A DNA stretch of 64,000 nucleotides from Candidatus Kaiserbacteria bacterium (GCA_028286865.1 JAQBQU010000010.1:6143-70142); one strand, 5' to 3'; shown: positions 44,457-54,063, numbered from the stretch's first letter. Notes: generated by a model not told the origin, from the sequence alone. Translations and numbers: made by a program.

Positions 44457-45515
44457 TTATAACGCAATTGCCGCGCTCGCCGCCTCCGAGGAGCTTGGCA
44501 CCCGCGGGAGGGCGCTCTGGTCGTAGACGAGCATTAGTACAACGACACCCACGAGCACAAAGCCGCCGGTCAGCACTTCCATGTATACGAATCGCTTTCG
44601 CGCATGTACGGCAAGCGTTATCAAGAGGATCATGAGGAAGAAACCGATCAGTGCCGAGAGCAGATACAGTATGAAATGCGTCGGTGAGGTGACGGCTACC
44701 GCGACGCGAGCGGGCGCCGGAGCGCTGTGTGCCGTCGTCTGTTCGGAAGCGACGGTGGTGACCGGGGCGGCAGCCGTCTTTACAGCCTTGACCGCTGTCA
44801 CGGGTTTCTTGGGAGGAACGGTCTCAGACCCCAGAACAGCCGCCTTGGGATTCACGGTCGTAGCGAGAGCGGTCGCAGGCACAGTTGCGACAGACGCATT
44901 CGAAACGACGGCCGCAGCGGCAGCTGACGAGTCTTCTGCACGCGTCGCGAAGAACTGCACCACGAAGGTGGTCTCTTTACCCTGATACATTCCCTGAGCG
45001 ATGCCGATGCCGATGCGCGTATATTGTGCCTTGAGAATATTGGCCCGATGCATCGGCGAATTCATCCATGCGGTTTCTACGTCTTGAGAATCGGTGAAAT
45101 CCACCGCGAGGTTCTCCCCCGCGTACGAATACGGATACTTCACCGAATCGAACCAGTACCACGGGGTCTTGCCGTCGGGAGAAACGTGCGAGAAATACCC
45201 CTTGGCCGCCATGTCGTTTGCCTTTGCCTGCGCCGCTTGAGCCAGAAGCGGGTCTTCGGTGAGCGATGAGAGCCCTTGAGAACTGCGGTCGGCATTGGTC
45301 AGGCTCGTAATGGCTGCGGGGAGCACCGCCGCGAGAAAGCCATTGTTCTTGAGGACGACGTGTATCTGGATGAGGTATATCCCTTCGATGAGCAGGAGGC
45401 ATAAGACCAAAGCTCCGACCGATTGCCTGCTGAAGATCTGCGGCTTGTAGCGATTGCGCCGATGCGGTATGAGATATCGCTTGAGGGACCTCAGTAACTG
45501 CTTCATTTCATCCAT
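44457..45515 (-). CDS. Membrane-anchored CAP/SCP (YkwD-like) domain protein
   Basis: ORF 44457-45665. The ATG at 45515 clears the upstream gene. The CAP pattern is AQAKANDMAAKGYFSHVSPDG...GENLA...WMNSPMHRANIL. It has a TM helix before the domain and TM helices after it. Confidence 0.75.
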   Translation of the reverse strand: MDEMKQLLRSLKRYLIPHRRNRYKPQIFSRQSVGALVLCLLLIEGIYLIQIHVVLKNNGFLAAVLPAAITSLTNADRSSQGLSSLTEDPLLAQAAQAKANDMAAKGYFSHVSPDGKTPWYWFDSVKYPYSYAGENLAVDFTDSQDVETAWMNSPMHRANILKAQYTRIGIGIAQGMYQGKETTFVVQFFATRAEDSSAAAAAVVSNASVATVPATALATTVNPKAAVLGSETVPPKKPVTAVKAVKTAAAPVTTVASEQTTAHSAPAPARVAVAVTSPTHFILYLLSALIGFFLMILLITLAVHARKRFVYMEVLTGGFVLVGVVVLMLVYDQSALPRVPSSSEAASAAIAL

Positions 45516-45529
45516 AATACACCACCATA

Positions 45530-45561
45530 AAACAACAACCCCGCTTTCGCGGGGTTGTTGT
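45530..45561 (-). terminator. Intrinsic terminator after the 913-aa gene
   Basis: Minus strand: ACAACAACCCCGC-GAAA-GCGGGGUUGUUGU followed by UUUAUGG. Confidence 0.7.
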
Positions 45562-45582
45562 GGGCGCGGGTCTAAGCAGTGC

Positions 45583-48324
45583 TTAGTGACCTGCAGCGGC
45601 CTTCGCTGCGATGATCGCTGCAAGCTGGGCCTGAAGGGCCTGAAGCTGGGCAGTGAGGCTCGCAATGAGGGCTGCGCGCTGTGCGTCGGTCATGACCGGG
45701 GTCACCGTAGCGTTTACCACTGCGCGCGTGAGCGGGCCGAAGTATCCTACTGACGGCTTGATGCCATGAGCTGACTGGTACGCGGCGACAGCTGCACGTG
45801 TCTGGACACCGAAGTATCCGTACGTGGCCGTGCCGTTCGTAAGGGCCGGTATCGAGAAGCCTTGCGCGATGAGGAACTTCTGGAGTTCTATCACCTGCGT
45901 GCCGGTCGAGCCGATCGTGAGATCAGTCGTGAAGTTGAAGGTACTGGCACCGAGGACCTGACCACCGGTCGAGCCGCCTACGGAACCCGTAGTGCCGCCC
46001 GTCGTTCCGGTAGTGCCACCAGTCGTGCCTGTTGTTGCGCCGGTAAGCGGAGCGGTACCGGTCGATCCTGCGATCGGTCCGTTGCCTCCACCACCACCCC
46101 CTCCGTTGTTAGATACAGTAGCTGCAGTTTCGGTATAGAGAGTGAAGACCGTGAAGTGTTTCGTCCAGACGACGAGATCGCCGCCCACGTCCATTTTACA
46201 ATCGGCTCCTGCAGCGAGACTGCTGTCTTCTGCGGTCTGATCATTTGCTGAACACGTAGCGGTTATCGTCGTGAACGCTCCTCCCGGAGCTTTCCAACCG
46301 ATGAGCTTGCCCGCCTGACCCGAGAACGTGAGCTTCGCTGCGCGAGAAAGCGTCAGCTTGCTCTGCGTCGAACCGATCTCCACTGAATAGACGGAAGATG
46401 TGACCGTGGAGTTGCTCGACGGAGTGACACCTTGAGTCGTTACGAAGTGTACCGGTTCAAGAGTCCCGTCCCAATTCGAGTCACCAGTGATCACCGTGTT
46501 CGGTGCGATCGATTCACTGACGGTGCTGCCGTTGGCGTTGGTTGCGCTCGAAGTAGTCGTCGCGCTGCCGGTGCTTGATGCAACTCCCGAGAACTGAAGG
46601 GTCGTCTTCGCGAAGTCCGTGTACCACGGAGAGTACGAGACGTTGCCATCTATTGTGCTGCCTGTTGCGCTCGTGCTTGATGCCGTCTTAGGACCTGAGG
46701 CGCTTCCCCAGTAGTTCTTTGTTGCGTCTACAGCAGCTGTCGTTGTGCCGTTTCCGTTCTGTGCAGTAACTCCCACCGGAACGTTCACAAAGTCGTTCTC
46801 ATGTATCGAAGCGTTTGATGCGTTCGATTCGAAGCTTACGCCTGTGTTGGTCTCGTGTACGTTGTTATCGTTGACTGTCGCAGAAGAGGTGTCGCCGGGA
46901 GCATAGAACGACCCGACGGTGACTGCTGTGTCATCGCTATAAATCTCATTGTTGTGGACGTTGGCAGAAGACGCCGAGCCATTTGCAGTGCCATCGAACG
47001 AGGTCACAATGACCGCCGTCGAAGACCATGTCGGCGTCGTGCCAGTTGTCAGAGCGTTGTGAAGGACGTTACCGTAGACCTCTACATTAGAACCGGTCCA
47101 GATAGTAACGAGGTTTTGTACTCGGCCGGTACCGTCGACGTTGTCGCCGATGATATCGCTGGCGAAGATGGAGCCTGTCGAGGTGCTGAAGCGAATGCCT
47201 CGCTTGTGGAAGCTTGAGATCGCTACATTGTGCACATTGGCGGTACTACCGCTTACATCGATACCGTTCTCTGCGGAAGCACCCGTGGATGCTACGGCAA
47301 GGTTCTCGATGGTAACTCCGGTCGCTCCGTTTACTTTAATGACGTAATTGGCATTCGTAGATGTTCCGGTGATCATCGTTGGCGTAGTTGTCGCGCCGGC
47401 ACCGTTGAGTGTAAGTGCCTTTGAGATGAGCACGCTTTCCGGATAGGTGCCTGCCGCGACGGTTACGGTGCCGCCCGCTGCAACGGCATCAACTGCCGAC
47501 TGAATGGTGGAATAGCACGGTGTTTGCCCTGCACATGTATTGTCTGTTCCGTTTACATATGCGGCGGTCGGTGCCGGTGTCGGATCGAAGTCGAATGTTG
47601 TTGTGGTGGATCCTGTTATGCCGACGGTGAGATTGTCGACGTTACCATCGAACGCTTCGCCATCTGCACCGTTCGTACGAAGAATGAGCTGCCCGGGAGC
47701 GCGCATTGCGATATTTGGGTAGGAGGCAAGAACCTCCGCCCACGTGCAGGGATCAGCCTGGGTACAGACGCTCGAGACCGCTCCGTTGAGAGTTGCGTGA
47801 GAGAACCACCAATTTCCAGTGCTGGTACTACTTGCTGCTGCTCCGGTAAGGGTGTCCCATGTTTGCCAAGAGCCCGTGTTCACTGTCTGAGTGAAGTATG
47901 GTTCGTAGGTCAAACGGCCTTCGTATGAGGTGATGCCGTCGGTACTGTTGCTGTCGACATCGAAGCCGAGCGACGGGACCTGGGCCGACGTGCCGCTCGC
48001 GCGATACGTGGAAAACGAGAGCGCCGTGATGCTACTGAGTGATGTGGATGCGAACTGCGAAGTAGCGATACCGTATTTGTCGGTCGTCGCTTTTGTGAGA
48101 TGCACGCTTCCGCTTCCGACGGGCGGTGTGCCCGGACCGGTAACGAAACCATGAGCTGCAGTATCGGTCTGGACGGTGTCTGTCTGATCATTATAGAGAT
48201 ACCAGCCGTTGAGACTCGCCGGCGTGACGACTGTCGCCGCGGATGCGATCCCCGCGAACGAAAAAGCCGCCGTCATGATGACCGCGCTGATAATCGAACC
48301 CTTCAATATATTCTTACTATTCAT
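45583..48324 (-). CDS. Giant secreted surface protein, paralog A (beta-helix core, Gly/Thr linker, PG-binding domain, coiled-coil tail)
   Basis: 913 aa with a signal peptide MNSKNILKGSIISAVIMTAAFSFAGIASA and a parallel beta-helix-like repeat region. It then has GGGGGGGNGP...TTGGTTGTTGG, a PG_binding_1-like segment (TQVIELQKFLIAQGF...YGYFGVQTRAAVAAYQSAHG), and ends LQALQAQLAAIIAAKAAAGH. Confidence 0.8.
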   Translation of the reverse strand: MNSKNILKGSIISAVIMTAAFSFAGIASAATVVTPASLNGWYLYNDQTDTVQTDTAAHGFVTGPGTPPVGSGSVHLTKATTDKYGIATSQFASTSLSSITALSFSTYRASGTSAQVPSLGFDVDSNSTDGITSYEGRLTYEPYFTQTVNTGSWQTWDTLTGAAASSTSTGNWWFSHATLNGAVSSVCTQADPCTWAEVLASYPNIAMRAPGQLILRTNGADGEAFDGNVDNLTVGITGSTTTTFDFDPTPAPTAAYVNGTDNTCAGQTPCYSTIQSAVDAVAAGGTVTVAAGTYPESVLISKALTLNGAGATTTPTMITGTSTNANYVIKVNGATGVTIENLAVASTGASAENGIDVSGSTANVHNVAISSFHKRGIRFSTSTGSIFASDIIGDNVDGTGRVQNLVTIWTGSNVEVYGNVLHNALTTGTTPTWSSTAVIVTSFDGTANGSASSANVHNNEIYSDDTAVTVGSFYAPGDTSSATVNDNNVHETNTGVSFESNASNASIHENDFVNVPVGVTAQNGNGTTTAAVDATKNYWGSASGPKTASSTSATGSTIDGNVSYSPWYTDFAKTTLQFSGVASSTGSATTTSSATNANGSTVSESIAPNTVITGDSNWDGTLEPVHFVTTQGVTPSSNSTVTSSVYSVEIGSTQSKLTLSRAAKLTFSGQAGKLIGWKAPGGAFTTITATCSANDQTAEDSSLAAGADCKMDVGGDLVVWTKHFTVFTLYTETAATVSNNGGGGGGGNGPIAGSTGTAPLTGATTGTTGGTTGTTGGTTGSVGGSTGGQVLGASTFNFTTDLTIGSTGTQVIELQKFLIAQGFSIPALTNGTATYGYFGVQTRAAVAAYQSAHGIKPSVGYFGPLTRAVVNATVTPVMTDAQRAALIASLTAQLQALQAQLAAIIAAKAAAGH

Positions 48325-48504
48325 ATGCTGCTTACTATTTGATAAATACTAATAATCCAAGCTCTCCCCTTTGATCAAAGATCATTCGTCTTTTCTCTTG
48401 AAGTTCTGCTTATGTCGTCTCTATACTTAGTGACGCTGGCAGTACTATTACATTACGTTCATGTACGTGAGATGAACGGTTTTCTTCACCTGGCGTTCAT
48501 AAAC

Positions 48505-48530
48505 AAAAGCCCCGCTTACGCGGGGCTTTT
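48505..48530 (-). terminator. Intrinsic terminator after the 942-aa gene
   Basis: AAAAGCCCCGC-TTAC-GCGGGGCTTTT. Confidence 0.7.
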
Positions 48531-48552
48531 GCAATTCTTTCGAGTGAAAGGA

Positions 48553-51381
48553 TTAGTGGGTCGCTGCCTTAGCTGCGATCAATGCTGCAAGCTGAGCCTG
48601 GAGCGTTGTGAGCTGAGCCGTGAGGCTCGCAACAAGCGCTGTGCGCTGTGCGTCAGTCATGGTCGTTGTCGTGCCGGCATTGAGTGCCGCACGAGTAAGC
48701 GGTCCGACAGTTCCTGTCTGAGAGATGCCGTGAGCCTTCTGCCACATCTTCACTGCCGAAGCCGTGAGAGAGCCATAGAAGCCTGTCGTCGAGGAGATCT
48801 TGAGATATCCCGCGTCGATGAGGATCTGCTGGAGAGCATTCACATCAGCACCCTTCGATCCGATCGTGAGATTGGTCGTGAAGTTGTATGTGCTTGCACC
48901 GAGAACCTGTCCGCCGTTGCCGGTCGAGACTGTTCCGGTAGTTCCTCCGGTCGTACCTGTAGTAGCGCCGGTAAGTGGAGCTGTGCCGGTCGATCCTGCG
49001 ACCGGTCCGTTACCACCACCTCCGCCTCCACCTCCGCCTGAGGAAACAGATGCTGCTGTTTCAGTGTAGACAGAGAAGACAGTGAAGTGCTTGGTCCAGA
49101 CGACGAGGTCGCCTGCTACGTCAGCCTTACAGTCAGCACCTGCTGCGAGATTCGCGTTTGCAGTTGCCTGATCGGTCACGCCGATGCTTGAGCAGGAGGT
49201 CGTGATCGGAGTTGTTAGGCCGTTGAACGACCATGCGATGAGCTTACCTGCTTGTCCTACGAATGTGAGCTTCGCAGCATTGGAGAGAGTGAGCTGGCTG
49301 GTAGGTGATCCTACTTCGATCGAGAGAACTGTTGAGGTCTGAGTGCTGTTGCTTGATGGTGGAACACCCTGCGTCGTTACAACAGTTACCGGCTCGATCG
49401 TTCCGTCCCAGGTATTGCTACCCGTTACGGTCGTGTTCGCAGGAACATCAGCCGTTACGGTAGTGCCGTTCGAGGTCGTAGAGCTGTCCGTGTTTGAAGA
49501 GCCGGTCGTTGCTGTCGTTGATGATGGGCTTGGCGATGTGGTCGTAAAGCCGAGACCCGTCATTGCCGCATCGCTGTACCAAGGAGAAACATTTATAACT
49601 GAACCCGAGATATTTGCCGCAGTTGGACCCGTGGTGTTCCCCCAGTAGTTATCGTCTGCCTTGAACGTGCCTGTCATGCCGGACTTGATCTTCAAGATCA
49701 CCTGATCAGTCGCCATGCTGAGGAACTTGTTCTGGTGCATGTCGACCGTGGAGCCGGTGAAATCTGGCTGATTGACCCAGGTGGTCGCACCGATAGCAGA
49801 GTAATACGTAGCACCAGTTGCATCGGACCAGATCTTATTGCCGGTGAACGTGTTGTTGTTCACTGCAACAGTCCAATTGCTGCCGAAGCTATCGAACGTT
49901 ACGCCTGAATTTGTGAACAAGTTGTTCGTAACGGTTCCTGTTCGCGCTGCCGTAGCACTATTGTTGTTGAAGTAGACACCGGAGCCGTACTTGCTGATGT
50001 CGTTGCCGGTCGAGCCATCCGGGTCAGAGTAGTTAGCAGCTGATGGAAGAATGCTTACTGGGATCGGAGCAAATTCGTTGTACTGAGCGGTAAAGTTATT
50101 GCCGAGCACTTCGATGCCCTTGTTCGGTGAAAGCTTGTTCATGACGCGAAGACCCTTGATCGTCACATTATCCGCAAAGACGGTGATGAGATTCTGGGTC
50201 GCCCATGCACCGTTTGCCGTCGGCTGTGTGCTGTAGATGTTAGCCGCGACATTCGCAGCGTCTGTGATCGGTGTCCCAGCAGCATCAACGCCCTGGAGCG
50301 TTACGCCGTTCTTGGTCAGAGCCAAATACCAACCGGTCTGTCCTTCGAGAACAGTCGTGTCATCTTTTACAAGATTGTAATTGCCCGGATATACCTTCAC
50401 GGTACCGTTTGCAGCAACTGCTTTCACAGCTGCCTCAAGGGTAGTGAATGCATCAACGCCAACGGTGTGGCCATCGGTTGTGGACGCGCCGATCGTCGAT
50501 GAGTAGGAACCGTTAACATAGACGGTCGCAGGAGCGACGGTCGTGGAGTTAGAGATTGAGAAATTGTCGAAGAGGAAACCGTTGCCAGTTACGCCGGTAG
50601 CGGAGTTCGAGCGGATGATGAGTGTCTTTACGATGCGTGGAGACTGTTCCGCACTGGCTTCGGCGTCGTAGCGGTAATAGTTCTCCCAGGAAGTCCCCGT
50701 CTTTTTAAGTACACCATCAATGAAGACCTGAACAACATCGTTAGACGCGCCGTCTACGGTATCAAGAGTCATCTTGATCGTGTGTGTTCCACGGTCGATC
50801 GTCGCAATATCGTTCATGTTGAACGTCGCGACGGTTGGCAATGGTCCGGCATCAGTTACATCGGAAAAGATGACATGTATGCCGTCTGCCTGATCTTCAA
50901 AGCGGAGGTAGCTCATGCGTGAACCGTCGCCGCGATCTGGAGATACAGAAAGAGTGAGACCGGATTGTACGGTTGGAAGTGTAGAGGCGATATCGAACTG
51001 TGCTTCAAAATGATTTGTTTTCGTGCCTACCGCAAAGGCCGCTGCTGTAGCCGATGTTTCCCCGACTGAGTCCGAGATAGGAGCAGCGAATATCTGGTCA
51101 CCGAATCCGCCGGTGCCGAATTCATTAGATACACGAAGTGCGATGCCGCGAACTCCTGAGCCAAGTGGTGATGCCGCGGCAAAACCGTACGTGCTTGAGT
51201 CAACAATGGCCTGATCATTTGAACCGGATGTCCAATTTTGCTGACCGTTTACAGAACCAGCGCTAAAGCTTTCGAAGTCCGCTGTCGAAGTGCTTGCCGA
51301 AGCAATACCTGCGAACGCGAAAACTGCGGTCATGACGACTGCGCTGATAATCGAACCCTTCAATACATTCTTACTATTCAT
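48553..51381 (-). CDS. Giant secreted surface protein, paralog B
   Basis: 942 aa. Its signal peptide is MNSKNVLKGSIISAVVMTAVFAFAGIASA, identical to paralog A at 25 of 29 positions. The C-terminal module matches paralog A (HFTVFSVYTETAA...GGGGGGGGGNGP...PG-binding...LQAQLAALIAAKAATH). The central roughly 600 aa differ. Confidence 0.8.
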   Translation of the reverse strand: MNSKNVLKGSIISAVVMTAVFAFAGIASASTSTADFESFSAGSVNGQQNWTSGSNDQAIVDSSTYGFAAASPLGSGVRGIALRVSNEFGTGGFGDQIFAAPISDSVGETSATAAAFAVGTKTNHFEAQFDIASTLPTVQSGLTLSVSPDRGDGSRMSYLRFEDQADGIHVIFSDVTDAGPLPTVATFNMNDIATIDRGTHTIKMTLDTVDGASNDVVQVFIDGVLKKTGTSWENYYRYDAEASAEQSPRIVKTLIIRSNSATGVTGNGFLFDNFSISNSTTVAPATVYVNGSYSSTIGASTTDGHTVGVDAFTTLEAAVKAVAANGTVKVYPGNYNLVKDDTTVLEGQTGWYLALTKNGVTLQGVDAAGTPITDAANVAANIYSTQPTANGAWATQNLITVFADNVTIKGLRVMNKLSPNKGIEVLGNNFTAQYNEFAPIPVSILPSAANYSDPDGSTGNDISKYGSGVYFNNNSATAARTGTVTNNLFTNSGVTFDSFGSNWTVAVNNNTFTGNKIWSDATGATYYSAIGATTWVNQPDFTGSTVDMHQNKFLSMATDQVILKIKSGMTGTFKADDNYWGNTTGPTAANISGSVINVSPWYSDAAMTGLGFTTTSPSPSSTTATTGSSNTDSSTTSNGTTVTADVPANTTVTGSNTWDGTIEPVTVVTTQGVPPSSNSTQTSTVLSIEVGSPTSQLTLSNAAKLTFVGQAGKLIAWSFNGLTTPITTSCSSIGVTDQATANANLAAGADCKADVAGDLVVWTKHFTVFSVYTETAASVSSGGGGGGGGGNGPVAGSTGTAPLTGATTGTTGGTTGTVSTGNGGQVLGASTYNFTTNLTIGSKGADVNALQQILIDAGYLKISSTTGFYGSLTASAVKMWQKAHGISQTGTVGPLTRAALNAGTTTTMTDAQRTALVASLTAQLTTLQAQLAALIAAKAATH

Positions 51382-51562
51382 AATTCTTCTACTTTTCTAC
51401 TAAAACTTGATAAATAATTAAACGAGGGACATTCCCAAGTTGGAGGGTCTACAGTATTCCTTTACGCCGAAAGCGCAACTTTTTTGCTACGGCGAAGATC
51501 GGATGATGAACAGATGAATATGTGCAAACGATGGCTCATCGGCTCAGCGCCTTCACTTGACC

Positions 51563-51586
51563 GAGTGTCCTATAGAGTGTCCTATA
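51563..51586. repeat. Perfect tandem duplication of a 12-mer
   Basis: GAGTGTCCTATA appears twice, about 180-205 nt upstream of the paralog B start, in a 394-bp non-coding gap. Confidence 0.9.
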
Positions 51587-51775
51587 CAAAACCCAGTATT
51601 TCCGTGGTTTTCGGCCGGCCTTCCGGCTGCGCGTCATGAAGTCCTTTATCTCATGTGGTTCGCCGGGATGAGCCTGCGAATAGAAATCATGAAGGTATTC
51701 GATGCTTTGCGACACGCTTTTTTTACAGCGTCAAATCCGACGCTACGCGTATTCTGCGGAATTATTTTCCGGCGC

Positions 51776-52744
51776 TTACGCTGATCGGCGCGAAAGAATG
51801 TATGCGGATCCGGCGACGGCAAGCAATGCAGATAGTGCGAGGACGAGCGTATTTTCAGAAGCATGTCCCCCGCTGCCGGTATTGGGTGTCTTTGGATCTG
51901 CGATCGATGTCGTTACGGCTGGTGGAACAACAGGCAGGACCACAACAGGAGGAACTACCGGCGGCACCACTACCGGAGGTACCACTGGGGGGACAACAAC
52001 AGGCGGGACCACGGGAGGAACGACCGGCACGCATGAAGCAGGTGCCGATATCGTATCGTCCACATTGGTGGATACGATCCCGCTCGGGAGGAATACGCCG
52101 CCGGTCACTGCGACATTGGTGCGGATATCGAGGCGCGTCGTACCGATGATAGTTCCCGCGAATTTTGAATTTTCTCCGAGGGTCGAGGTGATGGCATTAT
52201 CAACCGGCGTCCAGAAGACGTCGCATGCTGATGCTCCGCTAGAGAGCGTGACGACCGAGCTTGATGCGGTCACGAGCGAGCGATTCAAGCGGAAGATGTA
52301 TGTTCCGCTTCCGCTGAGGGTGATCCCTGCCGTTCCTATCGTGACGCTCGGTGAGATCGACGGCACGCAGTACACGCCCGGCGTGTAGACGCCGAGGGCA
52401 CCGTGCAGTGTGTCAGTGGAGAGATCTACGGCGCCCGCAGGGAACGTGAATGTGCAGGGCTGAGTGTTCAGGGCAGTAAGTGCAGTATTGATATCGCTGA
52501 TAGCGGTCGTGAATGGTGCGCCTGACCCATAATTGGTGTGAGTACCCGACGGAATGACGGCCGGCCCCGTGATGAATCCGATATCCCCATTGACCGTTGT
52601 TCCCGGTACCGGATTATTGTATGTGCCGGCAAGGATACCGTACGTGGCGGCCGCTCCGTACGCGGGTGTGGTAGCTGCGGAGGCGGTAAAGGGGGCGAGG
52701 GCAAGTATCGAGAGGGTAAGCGCGGCGATGCTTCGTGATCTCAT
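51776..52744 (-). CDS. DUF3494 (ice-binding-like) surface protein with a Pro/Val repeat stalk and a sortase-like sorting signal
   Basis: 322 aa with a signal peptide. The N-terminal YGILAGT...GTTVNGDIGFITGPAV is typical of DUF3494. A (PVVPPVV)n stalk follows, then KTPNTGS, a hydrophobic helix and an RRSA tail. Confidence 0.7.
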   Translation of the reverse strand: MRSRSIAALTLSILALAPFTASAATTPAYGAAATYGILAGTYNNPVPGTTVNGDIGFITGPAVIPSGTHTNYGSGAPFTTAISDINTALTALNTQPCTFTFPAGAVDLSTDTLHGALGVYTPGVYCVPSISPSVTIGTAGITLSGSGTYIFRLNRSLVTASSSVVTLSSGASACDVFWTPVDNAITSTLGENSKFAGTIIGTTRLDIRTNVAVTGGVFLPSGIVSTNVDDTISAPASCVPVVPPVVPPVVVPPVVPPVVVPPVVPPVVVLPVVPPAVTTSIADPKTPNTGSGGHASENTLVLALSALLAVAGSAYILSRRSA

Positions 52745-52835
52745 ATGTGTTTATTACGGAGTAAAACGGTAGGGGTCATTCCTCACGGGATTCTACTATC
52801 GGCCCATGCCTTTGCATAGCGCGTACCGCAAACGG

Positions 52836-54059
52836 TTATTTGTCGGCCAAACGACTGATAGAGACCATGTACGCTGCTTCGCGAAGCGAACATGAATTCT
52901 TGACCGCGGAGGCAAAGGTGGCTTCCGCCGCTGCGGTCATTTTTGCCTTAAGCTTTGAGAACACGTCGTCTTTCCCCCAGTTCTCATCGTTCATATTTTG
53001 GAACCATTCAAAGTACGAGACCGCGACACCTCCGGAATTGGCAAGGATATCCGGTATCACCATGATCCCCTTTTCGTTGAGGATGGCGTCGGCCTCAGGC
53101 GTGGTCGGGCCATTGGCCATTTCCACAATGGTCGTCGCACGGATGTCGTTCACATTGTCGATCGTTATTGAATTCTCGAGTGCCGCCGGTACCAGGATAT
53201 CGACGTCGAGCAGCATGACCGCGGAAGGATCAAGATATTCGGCACCCGGGAATCCTTCGAGCGAACGCGTCGCTTTCTTGTGCTTTTCTATCGCCTTAAT
53301 GTCTTTGATGCCCTGATTCATATAGAGCGTCCCCTTTGAATCCGAGACCGCCACGACTTTGCAGCCGAGCTCTATCGCGTATTCAGCAAAGTAGCTGCCC
53401 ACGTTGCCGAAGCCTTGTATCGCGACCGTTTTGCCTTTGAGCGATTCACCTTTGAGCTGCATGAGTGCTTCGAGTGCGAAGCTGCCGCCAAGCCCCGTGG
53501 CTTCGGTGCGTCCTTCAGAGCCGCCGTTGTCGAGCGATTTGCCGGTGACGACCGCGGGCGACTGCTTGCCTGCAATTTTTTCGTATTCGTCGCGTATCCA
53601 CATCATGATCTGACCGTTGGTGTTCACATCGGGCGCGGGCACATCGGTCGTAGGGCCGATCACCGGATAGAGCTTGCGGGCAAATTCGCGCGTGAGCCGC
53701 TCAAGCTCAGAAGCCGAGAGCTTCTTCGGGTCGACCGCGACGCCGCCCTTGCCGCCGCCGAACGGCACGTCGATGAGCGCATTCTTCATCGTCATCCAAA
53801 AAGAGAGCGCCTTTACCTCGCTCATGTCCACATCGGGGTGATATCGCAGCCCGCCCTTGTAGGGTCCGCGGATATTATTGTGTTGTACGCGAAAACCCGA
53901 GAAGACGCGCACTGAGCCGTCATCCATCGTGACGGGCAGCGACACCTCGACGATGCGGTCCGGCTGCGAGAGTCGCGCATGCAGGAACGCATCGAGAGAA
54001 AGCCGCTTTGATGCGAGTTCGAGCTGGCCTTGTGCTGTTTCCCACGGGTCGATCGCCAT
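52836..54059 (-). CDS. gdhA: Glutamate dehydrogenase
   Basis: ORF 52836-54113. The ATG at 54059 gives MAIDPWETAQGQLE. It has KGGLRYHP, FGGGKGG and GFGNVG. Confidence 0.9.
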   Translation of the reverse strand: MAIDPWETAQGQLELASKRLSLDAFLHARLSQPDRIVEVSLPVTMDDGSVRVFSGFRVQHNNIRGPYKGGLRYHPDVDMSEVKALSFWMTMKNALIDVPFGGGKGGVAVDPKKLSASELERLTREFARKLYPVIGPTTDVPAPDVNTNGQIMMWIRDEYEKIAGKQSPAVVTGKSLDNGGSEGRTEATGLGGSFALEALMQLKGESLKGKTVAIQGFGNVGSYFAEYAIELGCKVVAVSDSKGTLYMNQGIKDIKAIEKHKKATRSLEGFPGAEYLDPSAVMLLDVDILVPAALENSITIDNVNDIRATTIVEMANGPTTPEADAILNEKGIMVIPDILANSGGVAVSYFEWFQNMNDENWGKDDVFSKLKAKMTAAAEATFASAVKNSCSLREAAYMVSISRLADK

Positions 54060-54063
54060 ATGA

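Noticed and set aside
45583-51381. A diversity-generating retroelement acting on the paralogous surface proteins.
   Set aside because: No reverse transcriptase gene is in the window, and I could find no non-coding template-repeat copy of a coding segment. The differences between paralogs span whole domains rather than adenine-specific substitutions.
51563-51586. The tandem 12-mer as a CRISPR or minisatellite array.
   Set aside because: There are only two adjacent copies with no spacers, and no cas genes in the window.
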